The translations under genes were made by a program, and so were the position numbers. The notes under the pieces were generated by a model that did not search any database, was not told the origin of the DNA, and saw nothing but the letters and a program-made list of their open reading frames with translations. This document shows, one piece after another, positions 11,237-25,732 of a DNA stretch of 64,000 nt. Each line of letters starts with the position of its first letter. Positions within the stretch are counted from its first letter, which is position 1. The stretch spans positions 65,162,001-65,226,000 of the forward strand of contig OZ241831.1 of NCBI GenBank assembly GCA_965202585.1. The letters run 5' to 3'. Origin of the DNA: Thalia democratica (Eukaryota).

Positions 11237-14200
11237 CGTTAGCGGTTTGTTTTTTATAAAATACAATGATGTTAAATTTTAAATATTTGTTAAATTGTTT
11301 TAAAATAAATCATTTATCTACCTAACTGCAATGATTCACTTCTGAAGATACTTTTTCAGCACGATGTTCTAAATATAATTTATCGTAATCTATATAACTT
11401 ATATGTTTTTTTTATTTTCTTTATACATTAATTTTTTATAATAAACTTAGGTACGTCAACTCTATAGTTAGTAAGTATATTTTATATATAACTTTTTATT
11501 TGCTTTTGTTATTTAATGTTCGTTGAGTTTTTTAAAATGATTATATTTTAATAACAAATATTCATAAAAAATTCTGTTTTTATTAAGTTACAAATATATA
11601 AAAGTTAGTTAAGCTTTTGTTAAAACTATTATTACGACTTCAATTTCAGATAATATAGCGTCACTGGCTCCTTAGTTTGATTACTTGATATAACTGTAAT
11701 AGTTTATTAAATTGTTAGTAAAAAATAAGAATAGTTTGATGTTTTATAGTGTAGTTAAACAGAAAATCTTTTAAATTTAAGTCTTAATTTATTTATACTT
11801 TTATTTAATAATGATTTTTTTCATAGTAGTGTAATGAAAAAAAAATAGTTCATAATTTTTTTAAAGTTCTATACAAACACTATAACTTTATTCGCTAAAT
11901 CTCTATTTAAAGTTAAACATATCTTTAATCAGGCGGTTTGAAAATGGTGGAGCTCTACATTTATATAGCTTTAAATAATTTTATTTCTAATGACTTAAGT
12001 GTCTACAATGTTTATTACTTATAATTAAAAGTATTGTTTATAAAAATGCTTTTATGGTATATAAAATATTTTAAACCAATTATTTCAATTTATAAATTTT
12101 CTTACTTAAATTGAGTCTCAACTATTAAGTTAATTTGTACCAACTCCTGTTAAATTAAAATTATACTTAACTGTTTTAGTTAAGAAAATATGGTTAGTTT
12201 CAATTTATTTAGCTCCAAAACTTAGAGACAAAACATATAATACGTTGAAACAAGAACTAAATTATTGATTGTTAGATAATTAACTAAAAATTTTTGGTCA
12301 GGTACAAATAGTATACAAAATTATTTCTGACAGTTTAATTAGTTGTTTCACTACATTTCGTCAGAAACTTACAGTAGAAGCAAAATACAACATAATTAAT
12401 ATTTTTTCACAAAGAAGAAAAAAAAAACTAGTTAAGTGACCAATGAGAGTAATAACAAAAAAAAGCAAACATTAAACAAAATTAAAATACAATAAAAGGA
12501 AACAAAATGGTTAGTTTAACTTAATGATTATACTTTATATGTTTTTTATTTTTTATGTTTTTTAAGTTAAGATGATCAAAAACTTTATCTTAAAGATTAA
12601 TAATTCAAAAGTTATTTTTTTTGCAATTGTTAGCTAATTTTTGTTATCTGTTAATTTTTTAAATATTTAGAACCTTTTAGCAGCAATTGTGATACTTTGG
12701 TGATAATTTTTGATTTTTCTACTTTGAATCACCACATGCACAAATACAGATATCCTACAATGCTACTACCTATATTTCCGGAAGAGTATTCAATTTATTT
12801 TTTACACAGAAGCAATTGAATTTGTACACTATACAAGGTTTTTTTTAAATTGGGTATAAGGTCTTTAAACTGCATTTTTAATATAAGGTTCGAAACATTT
12901 TCGCATTTTTTTCGTTTTATTTTGACTTCAATAACTTTTTTTTTCTTAAAATCACGGAATATATTTCCAGTAGTAGCTTCAAAACAACAAAAAACTTCTG
13001 AGGTTTATGTACCTTGGCCTTGTTGATGTTGCTGCTATGTAGAAGTTAACTTGACTAACAAATTTAATAATATTTCTATGAAAAACTCTTTAGTTCTATC
13101 ATATTTATTAAAAATTATTTTTGAAACCTAAAATGACTTGAATGATTTAAGTTTAGTTTCAATTTTAAGAAATTGTTTGAATACAACTTTGTATAATAAT
13201 GTCGTATTAGAGTATGGAAAATGAAAAAGTCAGTTTTTGTAAAGTATAAAAATCAAAGCCGCTTAATTAAAAGAGGAAAATAATATTTTAAAATATTTGC
13301 TAGATGTGTTTTTATAAAATATGTTTTTTTAATTAATTAAAATAAATTCTTTTTTATTCATGAATTTATTTTCATTAAATACAAAAATTGTACAACTTTA
13401 ATAACTAAGTAGTTAGTATAAATGCTGTACTACATAGTTTACATATAATTTATAGATAACTAAGAAGTTTCATTTCTCATTTAGGCTCTTGACACTTAAA
13501 ATTTTTTATGACATCATAATCAAGTTTTAAATTTTGAAAATATAAGCAAAAATAAAAAAGAATATCTGGTTAAAAACGTTTACGTTAAATATTTTAAATT
13601 TCTATTCATTTTTTTAGTCGCAACAAATCTAAACCTGTATTTTACAAAAACGTAAAGTTTCTTTTTTAATCTGTTTACGGCAAAATTTATATTCGATTTT
13701 TTAAAATTCCGTTTTCCGAACAAGCAAAAAAATGTTTAAAAAATTCCCTAACTACAATAATAATTTAAAATAAGTGTTATCTTATTTTATATCCAAAACA
13801 TAAAATTTATAATTAAAAAATATTTTTTAAACAAGTTCATAAGTAAAACACAAAAGGGTTTCTAATTACTAATTTAAAGGAGTTTTAAAATGATTTCAAA
13901 ATTAGTTACATGGTTAAATTTAGTTAAACTATGGTTTTTTGAAAAATGTCATGTTTATGAAAGTATTTTAAAGGGTTGAGTTTTAGGATAAATTTTTATT
14001 ATAATGATTGCATCTGATATAAATTTTAATATACACAACTTTTGCTATACACTCTTGCTCGTTTAAAAGTTTAGGTTTTATAATGGATTTTGACTTAGTC
14101 ATATACCTTTTAGTCAACAGGTAATCTTAAAATAGTATAAAAGAAAACTATTACAAAAAAGAAAGTCTTAATACATTTTATAACAAGTTGTTATATCAAA

Positions 14201-14439
14201 AACAGATAAAATAGTTATTTATTACTGTGTCATAATAAAAAAACACCGTTTTTACTTTAATTTTGATAATTTAACAAACTTATATGAAAATTTTAAATCA
14301 AGCAATTCTTTTTATTATATAGTGTTTATTGATGGAAAGTTATCATTAAAAAATTATTTTTTCCAACTTAAATCAAGTAGAACAAAATCAGTTTTTTTAA
14401 ACACTATTGAACATAAAATTTAGCATTTAAGTTAAAATA

Positions 14440-15150
14440 ATGGATTATTCTGGCCAAAACAAAAGTAATACGATTGTTAAAAGTGTTTCTTGTGATGTTT
14501 GCAAGAAAACTTTCATAACTGAATACTACCTGAAATTCCACAAAATAATACATACAGGTGAAAAATCATACAAATGGGATATTTGCGACAAAAGATTTGA
14601 CATTAATTGTAGGTTAACAAGTCGTATGCTGGTACATAGTGGTAGGAAAGAGTTTCAATGTCATGTTTGTCATAAGAAGTTTGCTCGAAAAGCTTACGTA
14701 AAACAACACATGGTTACTCACACCAAAGATAAACTTTTCAAATGTGATATATGTGAAAAAAGTTTTGCTCGAAAATATCATGTAAAAACACATATGTTAG
14801 AACATACTGGAATTAAAGAACATCAGTGTGAAGTTTGTAAGAAGAAATTTTCTCTAAAAGTTAATTTGAAACGACACATCATGATTCATACCAAATTAAA
14901 AGCACATGAATGTGATATTTGCAAGAAGAAGTTTTCACATAAAAGCCATTTAGTCAGACACTACAGAATTCACTAAGGCGAAAAACCTTATGGTTGCGCA
15001 GATTGTGGCAAATGGTTTACTGATAATTCTACTCGAAATAGGCATATACATGCTCATCATAAGGAACTTAGTAAAGAAAAGCAACAAGAATTGAAGTGTA
15101 AAATACAAAGAAGCATTGTTTATGACTATCTTAAAACAATATCTGAATAA
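14440..15150 (+). pseudogene. C2H2 zinc-finger pseudogene or truncated gene (178-aa ORF)
   Basis: TAA at 14974-14976 replaces the Leu of LGEKP. Finger 7 and the tail continue in frame to a second premature TAA (15148-15150). Finger 2 has lost a Cys (to W) and a His (to R). Confidence 0.85.
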
Positions 15151-18100
15151 AATTCAAGTATTGTAATCAAGTCAAAACAATTTTATAACTCTTTTGATGT
15201 ATAATTTTAAGTAACATAATTTATAATGTTCTGGCTTGTTTTACTATTTGATTTGATGGAGGCGTTTAAATATGTAAAAACTCTCTTTTAAAACTATAAA
15301 AAAAAACTTTTAGCATTTATAAATCTGTGTATAAATTAATGTTGAATAGATAGATTTCATATAAAGGTACGTCAGTTATAGAATCCGTAGTTGTTTTAAC
15401 TATAATAAACTAAATAAGTGTAAATTGTTTTTGTTTTGAATTTCCTGATTAAATGTAATATTCGAAAATAAGAAAAATAGATATGATTTTAAGGAAAGTT
15501 AGTTTTATACAAAATATAAAAACAACCACTTTTTAAAAAGTTAAGTTTTTTTTTTAACTAAAAAAATAATTTTTAAAATATTAGCTCAACGACTTTTAGT
15601 ATGTTCATAATCGTTTGTTTGATAAATGCTAATTAAAGGTAAAGAATTACTTTAAATTATAACATAATGAATAATGTGTTTTATGAAAATATGTGTTGGA
15701 CTTATTGAAATCAACAAATAAGTTCTTGATAAATTTATTGCTGAACATGCCTAACTAATCAATGAGTTTAAAGTTTTATTGCTTTAACTTCTAAAGTTTA
15801 ATTTACATCTTTGCCGTTATTTTAGGTTATGTGTTTTATATTTTAGCATACTTCTTAAATTAAAAATAGTATAAATACAACTAAAATACTAGTAATTTGT
15901 TAACGTATTTTGGTGTTTTTTATGCATTTATATTTCAAATAAAAACATATTTATAAAGTAGTGGTCAAAAGTCTTATTAAAACTAACTTTTGAAAACTTC
16001 AAAAAAAAAGTGAAATAAACCTTATTTAAATGTTCAAAAAATCTTTTAATTTAGATAAAAGCCATATTAATGCATTTATTGTCAAAAATAAAATCGTATT
16101 TAAATTTTAAGCTCCTATATTATAACAATTAAATGTAAAAATGATTAATATGATCTCTCAATATATTGCTTACAACTTTTACTGCACTGGAGAGTTTAAA
16201 AATTGTTAAAAAAAAAACATAAGTGAATTCTATCCAGTTTAGTGTAAGAGCAAAAACATGTAGTCAATTAAACTATAATTTATTAACTTGTATATAACAT
16301 AATTTCACAAATTAAAAATTCAACACGTCTAAAACTTCCTTATAAAATAGGTCTTAGTTTATTAGAATGTAGTATATTTGTGTCCATATAAGTGTACTAA
16401 ACGTAAAAATTATTTTTGCATACAATTTTTAAGCTTCTGTAATGTAGCAACTAAATGTTAAAAAAAAGTAAACGATTTTTCAACATATTGCTAACAATTT
16501 TTTTCTATATAGATCTGAAAAAAAGTAATTAAAAAAAAAGCTCAATCATTTTTTTTATCAAGTTATAGTCAATTTATAGTCTATTAATTTATAATTTACA
16601 AGTTGTATATAAGGTAATTTTACAATTTACTCTATACGTCTAAAACTTTATACAAAATGCGTCTTAGTGTGTTAGAGTGTAGTTAATTTGTAACATTAAA
16701 AATCTTATTTAGTCATCTTAACAGTTTATAACAGTAGTTTTTAACATTATTTATTGCGTCTAAAAATGAGCACTAACCTAAAATTATCTATAGCAATTTT
16801 TTCTACTTTTAATGAACAAATGTACAAAATCACTGTACTAAACAAAGATGCAAAAGTTATGCAAAAAAACAAATAACAGTATAACGTAATATTGTGCATT
16901 ACAAAAACAATCAAACAACTAAACTTCACAAAGACAAAAGTTAAATGACTATAAAATACTTCAAAATTTCTTGTATTTTGAGAGGATTTTTTCAAATGTC
17001 GACAAGACGTAATGAATTTGCTCCTTTTTTAAACAACCTTCCTTTTTTAATGCATATATAACGGCTCTTGATTTTTTTAAGCAAATATTACGTTATACAA
17101 TAATAACCTTACTATATATATAAGTATATATATATATATATAGAAATAACATAGACAAAATAAATTTTTGCTTGGTACAGCTGTTTCTGCGTTTAATACG
17201 CGTCCTCAGCCAAGTTTTGTTCAATATATATATATATACATAAACTTTTTGTTTTGTTACCGAGTTTTATAAAATAATATTTTAAGTTCAATTTACTGAA
17301 ATTTCTACAAGTTATATTTATTTATTTTTATTTCTTTTAACATTGTTTCATCAAAAAATTTTGTAAATAGAGTTAATAAGACTAAATTTCACTTTTTAAA
17401 GTTATTTTAGTTATATTATTGTTATTTAGATGTACTTAAAAATATAACAAAATGAAGTAAATTGAGAGTGCTACACATTCTACTAATTTTAGTTTATTAG
17501 TTTAATTTTTTGAGAAAGTATACGTTTAAATTCAACTCTTTATGTTTTTTATTAAGAAATTTAATTATATATATTTTTTAACAGCAGTAAAATATAATTC
17601 TTTAATTATGAAATTAAATTCAAGTTTATTACATTTCAATTGAAAAGTTCACTAAGTTATATATGTTGTTTTGCTAAATGTATTTAGGTTTATTATTTTT
17701 GTATAAAGTATGTTTTTTGCTATATGTATTTAAGTTTATTGTTTTGTTCTTTTTGTTTTAGATGCCCAAAGAAAGTGTTCCAACCGAAGACAAAGCTCAG
17801 AAATATTCTTTTGTTGTTTCTTTTCATTACTATAGTTAATTTGTTTTTAGGTTTTCATTTGTTGATATTCTTTAAAATTGAAATTTAAATAGTAATTTTC
17901 CAATTGAGCAGATGATATAAGTTTGTTTGTGAAATTAAGAGTTTAGTTATAAAAATTAAGAATTTTAGTTTTTGATAGCTTGTTCATTTGTTTATAGTTT
18001 TTAGTGACCCAGAATTGTTTAATGATATTTTTTTTCTCGTATCTTTCGACTTGTATATTTTCAAAATAGTTTAGATATTTTCACACTAATTATAAACTTA

Positions 18101-18764
18101 TACTAAGTATACTTTTGTTTGTAATAATAAACGATCTATATGTATTCTTTTTTAAGCTGTTTAAGTAAGTTTTATATTTAAAATTTCTAATAAAATTATT
18201 TTTAGATGTATAATTAGAAATTAATCTTAGATATTTGAAGACCCTCAACAAGATGTCTATAAAATAATAATATTTTGAAATCACATAAAACTAACACTTA
18301 TTAATTTAAATTAGTTATTAAGTTATTTATTTATTTTTTTTCTCGTGTCTTTAACAAATATTATAATGAAGTGCATTAGAATTATGAGTTTTCCCGTTTT
18401 AATTATAAAAAGCAAAATACAAATAAATATAAAGTATTATCATTTGCTTATTTAAATTTATTTAAATGTTTTATTAAAATATAACAAGAGAATTTAAAAT
18501 CAGAAAGTATTCAAACTAAAAAGTTACTTAATTATTGTAGGTTGGATTTACAATTAGTAATAAACTAAAATAATTGGATTTCTTGGTAGTGTTTTATTAA
18601 AATCTCAGTCGCTTAAATAAGTTTCTCGTAAATAAGTTGAAAAATTTAGTAAAAAGTTTTTAGGAACATTAAAATACACAAAGAATGCATTTTTTTTTTA
18701 AATATTAAAAGCAAGATATAAACTGGTAAGTAATAACAATCTGTTTAGTAAAATATTTTAACCT

Positions 18765-19943
18765 ACCTCTGCAATCTGACATATTTAAAGAATTTTAAGA
18801 TAGATTAACTTCGAGAGGTTATAGCCCTAAAAATATTTAAAAAAAAAAAAACCGTTGTTAAAAAAAAAATAATATACATCATTTCTGTTTCCTTATTTCA
18901 GTGGTTTTATAAAAAGTTTACATAGAATAGTTTTTAAATTAATGCCCAGGTGATAGAATGATTTAAGTTACCAAACATTTTTACTTAAGTTTATTCCTTT
19001 TCACTAACAACTTAAATCTCCAACTGAATACAACGATTTTTATTTTAATTAGCTTTATGTTTGTTCAGGGTCGCCACTTAACCTGAGATGCTGGAGTTTG
19101 GCTAAAAAAACTTATAAATTAAAAAAGTTTGAAAAAACTTGAATTGTGAATAATTTTTACATACTAAATTTTAAAATTTCGATTTGATACAAAAAATCTT
19201 TTATTTAGATAAAACTTATTGTCATTATCAAGTTTTTTATATTAAAAACACATTCAAATTATATTTACGGTATCGTTTTAATGTTGCTATACCAATTAAC
19301 ACAGTTTTTAACCTTAATTTTAATTTAAAAATATACCTAAAAACGTGCACTTTCAACCTCTGCAATCTGACATATTTAAAGAATTTTAAGATAGATTAAC
19401 TTCGAGAGGTTATAGCCCTAAAAATATTTAAAAAAAAAAAAACCGTTGTTAAAAAAAAATAATATACATCATTTCTGTTTCCTTATTTCAGTGGTTTTAT
19501 AAAAAGTTTACATAGAATAGTTTTTAAATTAATGCCCAGGTGATAGAATGATTTAAGTTACCAAACATTTTTACTTAAGTTTATTCCTTTTCACTAACAA
19601 CTTAAGTCTCCAACTGAATACAACGATTTTTATTTTAATTAGCTTTATGTTTGTTCAGGGTCGCCACTTAACCTGAGATGCTGGAGTTTGGCTAAAAAAA
19701 ATATAAATTAAAAAAGTTTGAAAAAACTTGAATTGTGAATAATTTTTACATACTAAATTTTAAAATTTCGATTTGATACAAAAAATCTTTTATTTAGATA
19801 AAACTTATTGTCATTATCAAGTTTTTTATATTAAAAACACATTCAAATTATATTTACGGTACCGTTTTAATGTTGCTATACCAATTAACACAGTTTTTTA
19901 CCTTAATTTTAATTAAAAAATATACCTAAAAACGTGCACTTTT
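18765..19943 (+). repeat. Recent direct tandem duplication, two ~590-bp copies (18765-19353 and 19356-19943)
   Basis: Both copies begin acctctgcaatctgacatatttaaag and end aaaacgtgcacttt. I saw only about five or six differences by eye. Confidence 0.95.
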
Positions 19944-20005
19944 AAAAAACTAAAAGCAATTCAGAATACCTAAGCGAAATTTCTCAAAAACCAGTGACCA
20001 CCCTG
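19656..20005. mobile_element. Same MITE-like family; a 3'-truncated duplicate lies at 19066-19353
   Basis: Ends are cagggtcgccac and gtgaccaccctg (imperfect inverted repeats). It occupies the same spacer position as the 9255 copy. Confidence 0.6.
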
Positions 20006-21760
20006 AATATAACAATTCAAATTAAGTTTCTGAAAATTTACCGTTTGGTTAGATCTACATTAATACAAATTTATATAGTAATTTTACACAATACAGAAGT
20101 ATATGTTTTAAAAAGCATTATAAAAATGGTTTAATGACAATAAAACAGGCTAAAGATTTTTGTTTTTAAGTATCTGGAGTACAAAAATTATCTAGATCAT
20201 CGAATCATACAACACATGCTTACATCAACTATCTATAACAAAAAAATATTTTTAACAGTTAAAATTTAAATTTCTGAGGCTTATAAAAAATAACTGTAGA
20301 CTTATGGTAATTAATGATCGTATTAATGTATCGCTAATATTTTTTAATTAAATTTTATATAAAATTTATTTATAAAAAAATCGATTTTCACTACTAAGTA
20401 CGACACAAACTGATTTTCTTTCATAAAAGCTATTTTTTCACTTATAAAAGTACTTTAGTCATACTTTTAACGCTGAATAAGATAGAAAACTGTATGAATA
20501 AGAGTGCTTAAATTTTGTTCTTCAATTATTACTTTATCTTGTTACTTAAAAAGCTGTGACAGTACTTTTAGGAGATACAGTTTCAGCTAAATTATTGAAA
20601 AATTTTTTAATTCTTTTGACATTGCTAAAAGCAGATAAGACTATCTTTAAAAATAGGACAACAAATGAACAATACAGTTCACGACAACCATAAATTAAAA
20701 AAAAAAACTACAAAAATTTCAGAAAAGTATTGCATCTTAATATGATGTTAAAATTTTTTAAAGTAGATAAATTATTTTTGAATTGTTTTAGTAGCAAAAT
20801 TTTAAAAATTATTGACTAAATTATTATGTTTGTTTAGGTGGTGTTTTCTTCTACCCTATCTGAACATTTAATCTAAGATTTTACTTATACACTGAATAAA
20901 CGAAAATAATTTCTCAAGATCAATTAATAATGAAGTAAATAGAGATCGTCTTTTTTCTAAGCATTTGGCAGTTTTGATCACACTTAAATTGTAATTAGAA
21001 CTAGTTTAATATATCATACATTACCAAATTTGTATGAATATTAGTTTGCCTACGTAGGATATACGAAAAATTTACCCTAAAAATATAAATAAGTATTTAA
21101 TTAATCAAGACTAAAATGAAATTTTTATACGTTGCTTGCTTAAACTTTTTTTAAATGTTAACTTTTGAGAACTCTAAACCTAGTACAAGTATTAGATAAA
21201 AGTAAATAAATGCTATAATTGTTTGAGAACAAAAGTATAATTTTTAAAACAGATTTTCTGCTGTAAAATAAAATTTCAAGTGAGTTTGACAATTATAACT
21301 ATTACTCTGTAATTAAATATACATTTAGAATATGAAAGTTAAATAACCTCAGAAATGTAAACTTTTTATTGATTGTTGCATCTTAAATAATAATTACTGT
21401 GCACAATTTTAAATACACATATTTGTTTATTTTAATTTCTCTATCTTATTTTACCAATCATGTAAATTTTAGTCAATAAGTAATCTAATAAGTACAAACA
21501 ATAGCATTCCAAAACACTAGTCTTAATACATTGTAACATAAGTTGTTTAAAAAAAAAAAAACGCTGTTTTTATCTTTTATTGTGAAGTCAAAAATTTAGA
21601 TAAAAATTTTCACAAAAAGGATTTTTTTTATAAAATATTATTTATTAATTTAAAGTTATCACTAAAAAACTAATTATTTTTTAGTTAAAGTAAAGTTCAT
21701 CAATCATCTCTGTTTTTTTACACACTGTTAAACATAATTTTTAGAACTCAAATTTTAACT

Positions 21761-22483
21761 TTGTGTGATTACGGTCAAAACAAAAGCAATATGGTTGTTA
21801 AAAGTGTTTTTTGTGATGTTTGCAAAAAATCTTACAAAACTAAATCCTACCTGAAAATTCACAAAAGAATACATGCAGGAGAAAAACCATACAAATGTGA
21901 TAATTGTGACAAAAAATTTATTACTAAACGTAGCTTGACAACTCACATGTTGGTACATGGTGGTGAAAAAGAGTTTCAATGTCATGTTTGTCAAAAAAGT
22001 TTTGCTATAAAATCTAGATTAAAACAACATTCAGTTACTCACACCAAACTTTTTAAATGTGATTTGTGTGAAAATAGTTTTACTTATAAAAGTAGTGTGA
22101 AGACACACATGTTAGTTCATACAGAAATAAAAGAACATCAGTGTGAAGTTTGTGAGAAGAAGTTTTCTCTAAGTAGTAATTTGAATCGTAATATGTTGAC
22201 TCATACTAAAGTAAAAGCTTATAAATGTGATATTTGCAAGAAAAAATGCAGTCAGAAAAGTGATTTAGTCAAACACTTTAGAATTCACTTAGGAGAAAAA
22301 CCTTATGGTTGTGCAGAATGTGGAAAGTGGTTTACTGATTGTTCTAGTCGAAATAGACATATAAAAATACACCATAATGAACTAAGTAAAGAAAAGCAAT
22401 CAGAACTGAAGTGTAAAATACAAAGAAGTATTGTTTATGATTATCTCAAGGCAATATTTGAATACAACTCTAAATATCCTTAA
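21761..22483 (+). CDS. 7-finger C2H2 zinc-finger gene with ancestral ATG mutated to TTG (next in-frame ATG at 21791); possibly an early pseudogene
   Basis: ORF is open to the normal stop. TTG TGT GAT aligns with ATG TGT GAT at 41889. It has a 6-bp deletion in linker 3-4 (HTKLFKC vs HTKDKLFKC), His to Asn in finger 5, and Phe to Cys in finger 6. Confidence 0.7.
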   Translation: MCDYGQNKSNMVVKSVFCDVCKKSYKTKSYLKIHKRIHAGEKPYKCDNCDKKFITKRSLTTHMLVHGGEKEFQCHVCQKSFAIKSRLKQHSVTHTKLFKCDLCENSFTYKSSVKTHMLVHTEIKEHQCEVCEKKFSLSSNLNRNMLTHTKVKAYKCDICKKKCSQKSDLVKHFRIHLGEKPYGCAECGKWFTDCSSRNRHIKIHHNELSKEKQSELKCKIQRSIVYDYLKAIFEYNSKYP

Positions 22484-25400
22484 TGTTAGCAGTTTGTATT
22501 TTGTCATATAATTATAGTAAACTCTGAATATCTGTTACATGTTTATAAATAAGTATTAAACAAATGTCTTTATACTGATCTTAATTTTTTTACTGTTGTG
22601 TAAAATTTTCAAATTTTTGTGTACTAGATATAGGTGCTATAAAAAAATACTACTTAAAAAATAATACTTATCATAAACATTTAAGTGTGTTATTGAATTT
22701 CCGATCAAATTTAAAAGCTACGGAAGCTTTAAAACAGTAAAAGGAAAACTTTTTGCTTTGTTTTATTTTTTCATTCTTAGTTTAGTTTTTTGAATTTATA
22801 TATTAATAAAATAAAACATTTTGATAAGAAGTTTTGTTTATTTTTTGTAACATATAAAACTGAAAAAATCATATTTATGATTAGTTACGACTTCATTTTA
22901 CGACGATAAATTATAAATAGTATCTTAATTTATTCAACTGTTGTATTTCAAAATGACTAATGAATATACTAAAGAATAATAAAAATGAACCGATATGTCA
23001 AGTTAAGCAGTTTAGTTAAGCAGTAAATGTGTTTGCTTAAATTTAAATTTGAGTAATTAATGCTTTCGTTTAAATAAATCTTTTAACTAAATATTGAAAA
23101 AGATAAAAAAATATTAATACAATTTTTTTCAAAATTTACCTACAAGCATTATTTGCAAAACCTTATTAAATTAAAAAAATATTCAATCAAATGGTTTAAA
23201 ATGGTGTAGCACTACTTCTAATACTACTTTAAAAAAATAATATATTAAACATCGTAAGTTTCTACGATAATGTTTATTAATGATAATTAAAGGTAGTTTT
23301 ATATACCGCATTCATAATTTTTTAGTTAAATTATTCAAACTTATTGTTTACTTTTACTCGATAAATAGTTCTTACTTAAAATGCTTAAAAATATAAATAA
23401 ATTTGAATAAAAAAAAATATTTTCATTAAAAATATTGCTATAATTTATTTACTGTAAGCTAAAACTTAAACATAAAACTCAAATTGTAAGTTCTAAACAG
23501 TAAACGAAACAATTGAATTATCAATAGTAGCCTAGTAAAAAGTTAGAATAGAAACAAATAAAATGTTGATTTTTGATAAGGTACAAATAAGTAACAATTT
23601 CTAAATCGGTTATGACTTTTTAATATAGTTCACTACTTTTAATTTTCATTAGAAGCTAAACATAATATCATAAAAAGCTTTTTTTTGAAAACAAAAAAAA
23701 AAAAAAACTGATTAATTGATAAATGAAAGTTTTAAATGAGTGTAAATCAATCATAAAAATTGAAATTTAGTTCAAGCGTCGATTGCAGATCTAATGTCGA
23801 TTCTGATTGGCTTTTATTATTCTTACTTCTATTTTAGATTTGTAATAATACTTTTTTTTTCAGTTTATTTTTTTTATTTTTGTGTAAAGATGGTTAGGGT
23901 TAAGGGTATAAATGTTTTCAATGTTCTGTTGTAGTATATTATTACCTTATTTACATAACGTTATGAATGAAAACATTTTAAAAAACTTACAACTCAGCCG
24001 ATCCGAATTAAAAGAAAAAAATTGTCAGTTTACCTAAATAGAGAATCTTATAATCAACTCTCGTTTTTAATGTTTATATATCTTCTAACTTAGCATGATG
24101 AAAGTCATTAAAGTACAATTAATGATTTTGAATCTTTATATTTGTAATTATTTGCTCAATGTTTAATTTCTATAATTTTTTAAGCTATTCATGATGTTTA
24201 AGAAACGTTTGTCCTTGCTTTAATGATAAATTCAGAACTTTATTCTAAAATTTTTTACACACGTTTAGGTATATGTTCTATGATCCTGGTACCTATGTCC
24301 TGAAGCTTGAAGTTTGAAGCAGCTGATTTTGTTTTATTTTTAATTTTGTTTAAATTTGGTATTGGGTCTTTCAACTGCACTTTTAATACTAGTTTCGAAA
24401 TATTCTCATAGTTTCTTTATTTTAAATTGACGTTAAAAATTTTTTAATTATGTTCTCAAACACATGTGATATGTCTCCAATTAAAAGTAGTTTGGAGTCT
24501 GCCGTGAACTTCTGTATACATTAGGCTTGTTTAAGTTATCATGCGGAATTTAATTTGATTATCAAATATGAAATATTTCTATGAAAAACCGGTTAGTAAT
24601 TATATTACCAAATTATTTTTGAAAGCTAAAATAATGTAAAAAGATTTAAGTTTAGTGTCAACTTTAAGATAATGTTAAAAAATAAGTTTGTACATTAAAG
24701 TCGTATATGAGTAGTTAAATTTACACGGTTAGTTTTGTAAAATAAAAAATTGCAGCCGGAAAATTAAAAACAACGAATATTTAAAAAAATGTATTATTTT
24801 AAAAGATTCAATATAATCTTTTTTAATAGAGCACTTTACTTATTAAAGAGTAGATAAATATTTGTTATAGATGAAGTTTTTCTTTTTGTATAAAAAATTT
24901 AATAACGCTTTTAACAGGTAATAGGATTGAAAGCCACAATGTATAGTTCAGATATAAAGCATATATAACTTACAAGTTTCCTTTTACAAGTTTCCATTTC
25001 CTCTTAATAGTTTTAAACTTTTTATGCCATCAAAAATAAGTTAGAAATTTTGTAAAGATTGCACAAGCGAATTTAATAAATTAAGTGAGAACACATGACT
25101 TTTCAACGTTTTCGTTGAAACTATATTTCTTAATATTTTTAGGGGTCGTACAGTGTTTTCGTCTTTAATAATTTTTTTTCTACTCAATGATCAACTTTCC
25201 GCAAAACTAAAATTCGGCTTTCAACATTCCATTCAACAAATTTGATACTCTGCTATAAACCAAGAATACTTAAAAAAAAGTCCCTAATTAGGTTGATAAA
25301 AATAAAAACAAATGTCTACATAATATTCCAAAAATATAGGTATTTTAGACATATTTCATACAAGTTAATATGTAATATTCATTAAATTTACCATTTACTA

Positions 25401-25732
25401 GTTGTTAGTAGTTTGAGATTAATTCGGTTATTTTTGGTTTTTATGATGATATACAGAAGTTTTTCAGGTTTGTTTTGAACAACAATCTTTTTTTTTTGAG
25501 GATACAATTTTTGCAAAATTTGAAAAGTTACAGACCAAGGAATTCAGTTAAATTAACTCTAATTTTAATGTTCCACAAATAAAGATGAACATTTTTGAAA
25601 TAAGCAACTTATTTTTTTAAACAATTTTTATTAATTGAAGAATTAATTTTTTTTTATGGTAAATAAAGTACATAAATCTCTGTTTTTGTTAAACACCATT
25701 AACCATTAATTTTAGCACTTAAGTTTAAAAGT

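Noticed and set aside
16260-16730. Diverged ~300-bp direct repeat (acgtctaaaact..gtcttagt)
   Set aside because: An old local duplication with only two copies and no evidence of function.
17110-17240. (TA)n tracts flanking a short, weakly self-complementary segment
   Set aside because: Ordinary microsatellite context, and the pairing is too weak to call an RNA or element.
16747-19399. Short ORFs 16747-16995, 18090-18284 and 19184-19399 (similarly 29115, 34965, 40690, 52205, 56701, 56880, 60109, 62201)
   Set aside because: No recognisable motifs. They are chance ORFs in AT-rich DNA, inside repeats, or antisense to the kelch CDS.
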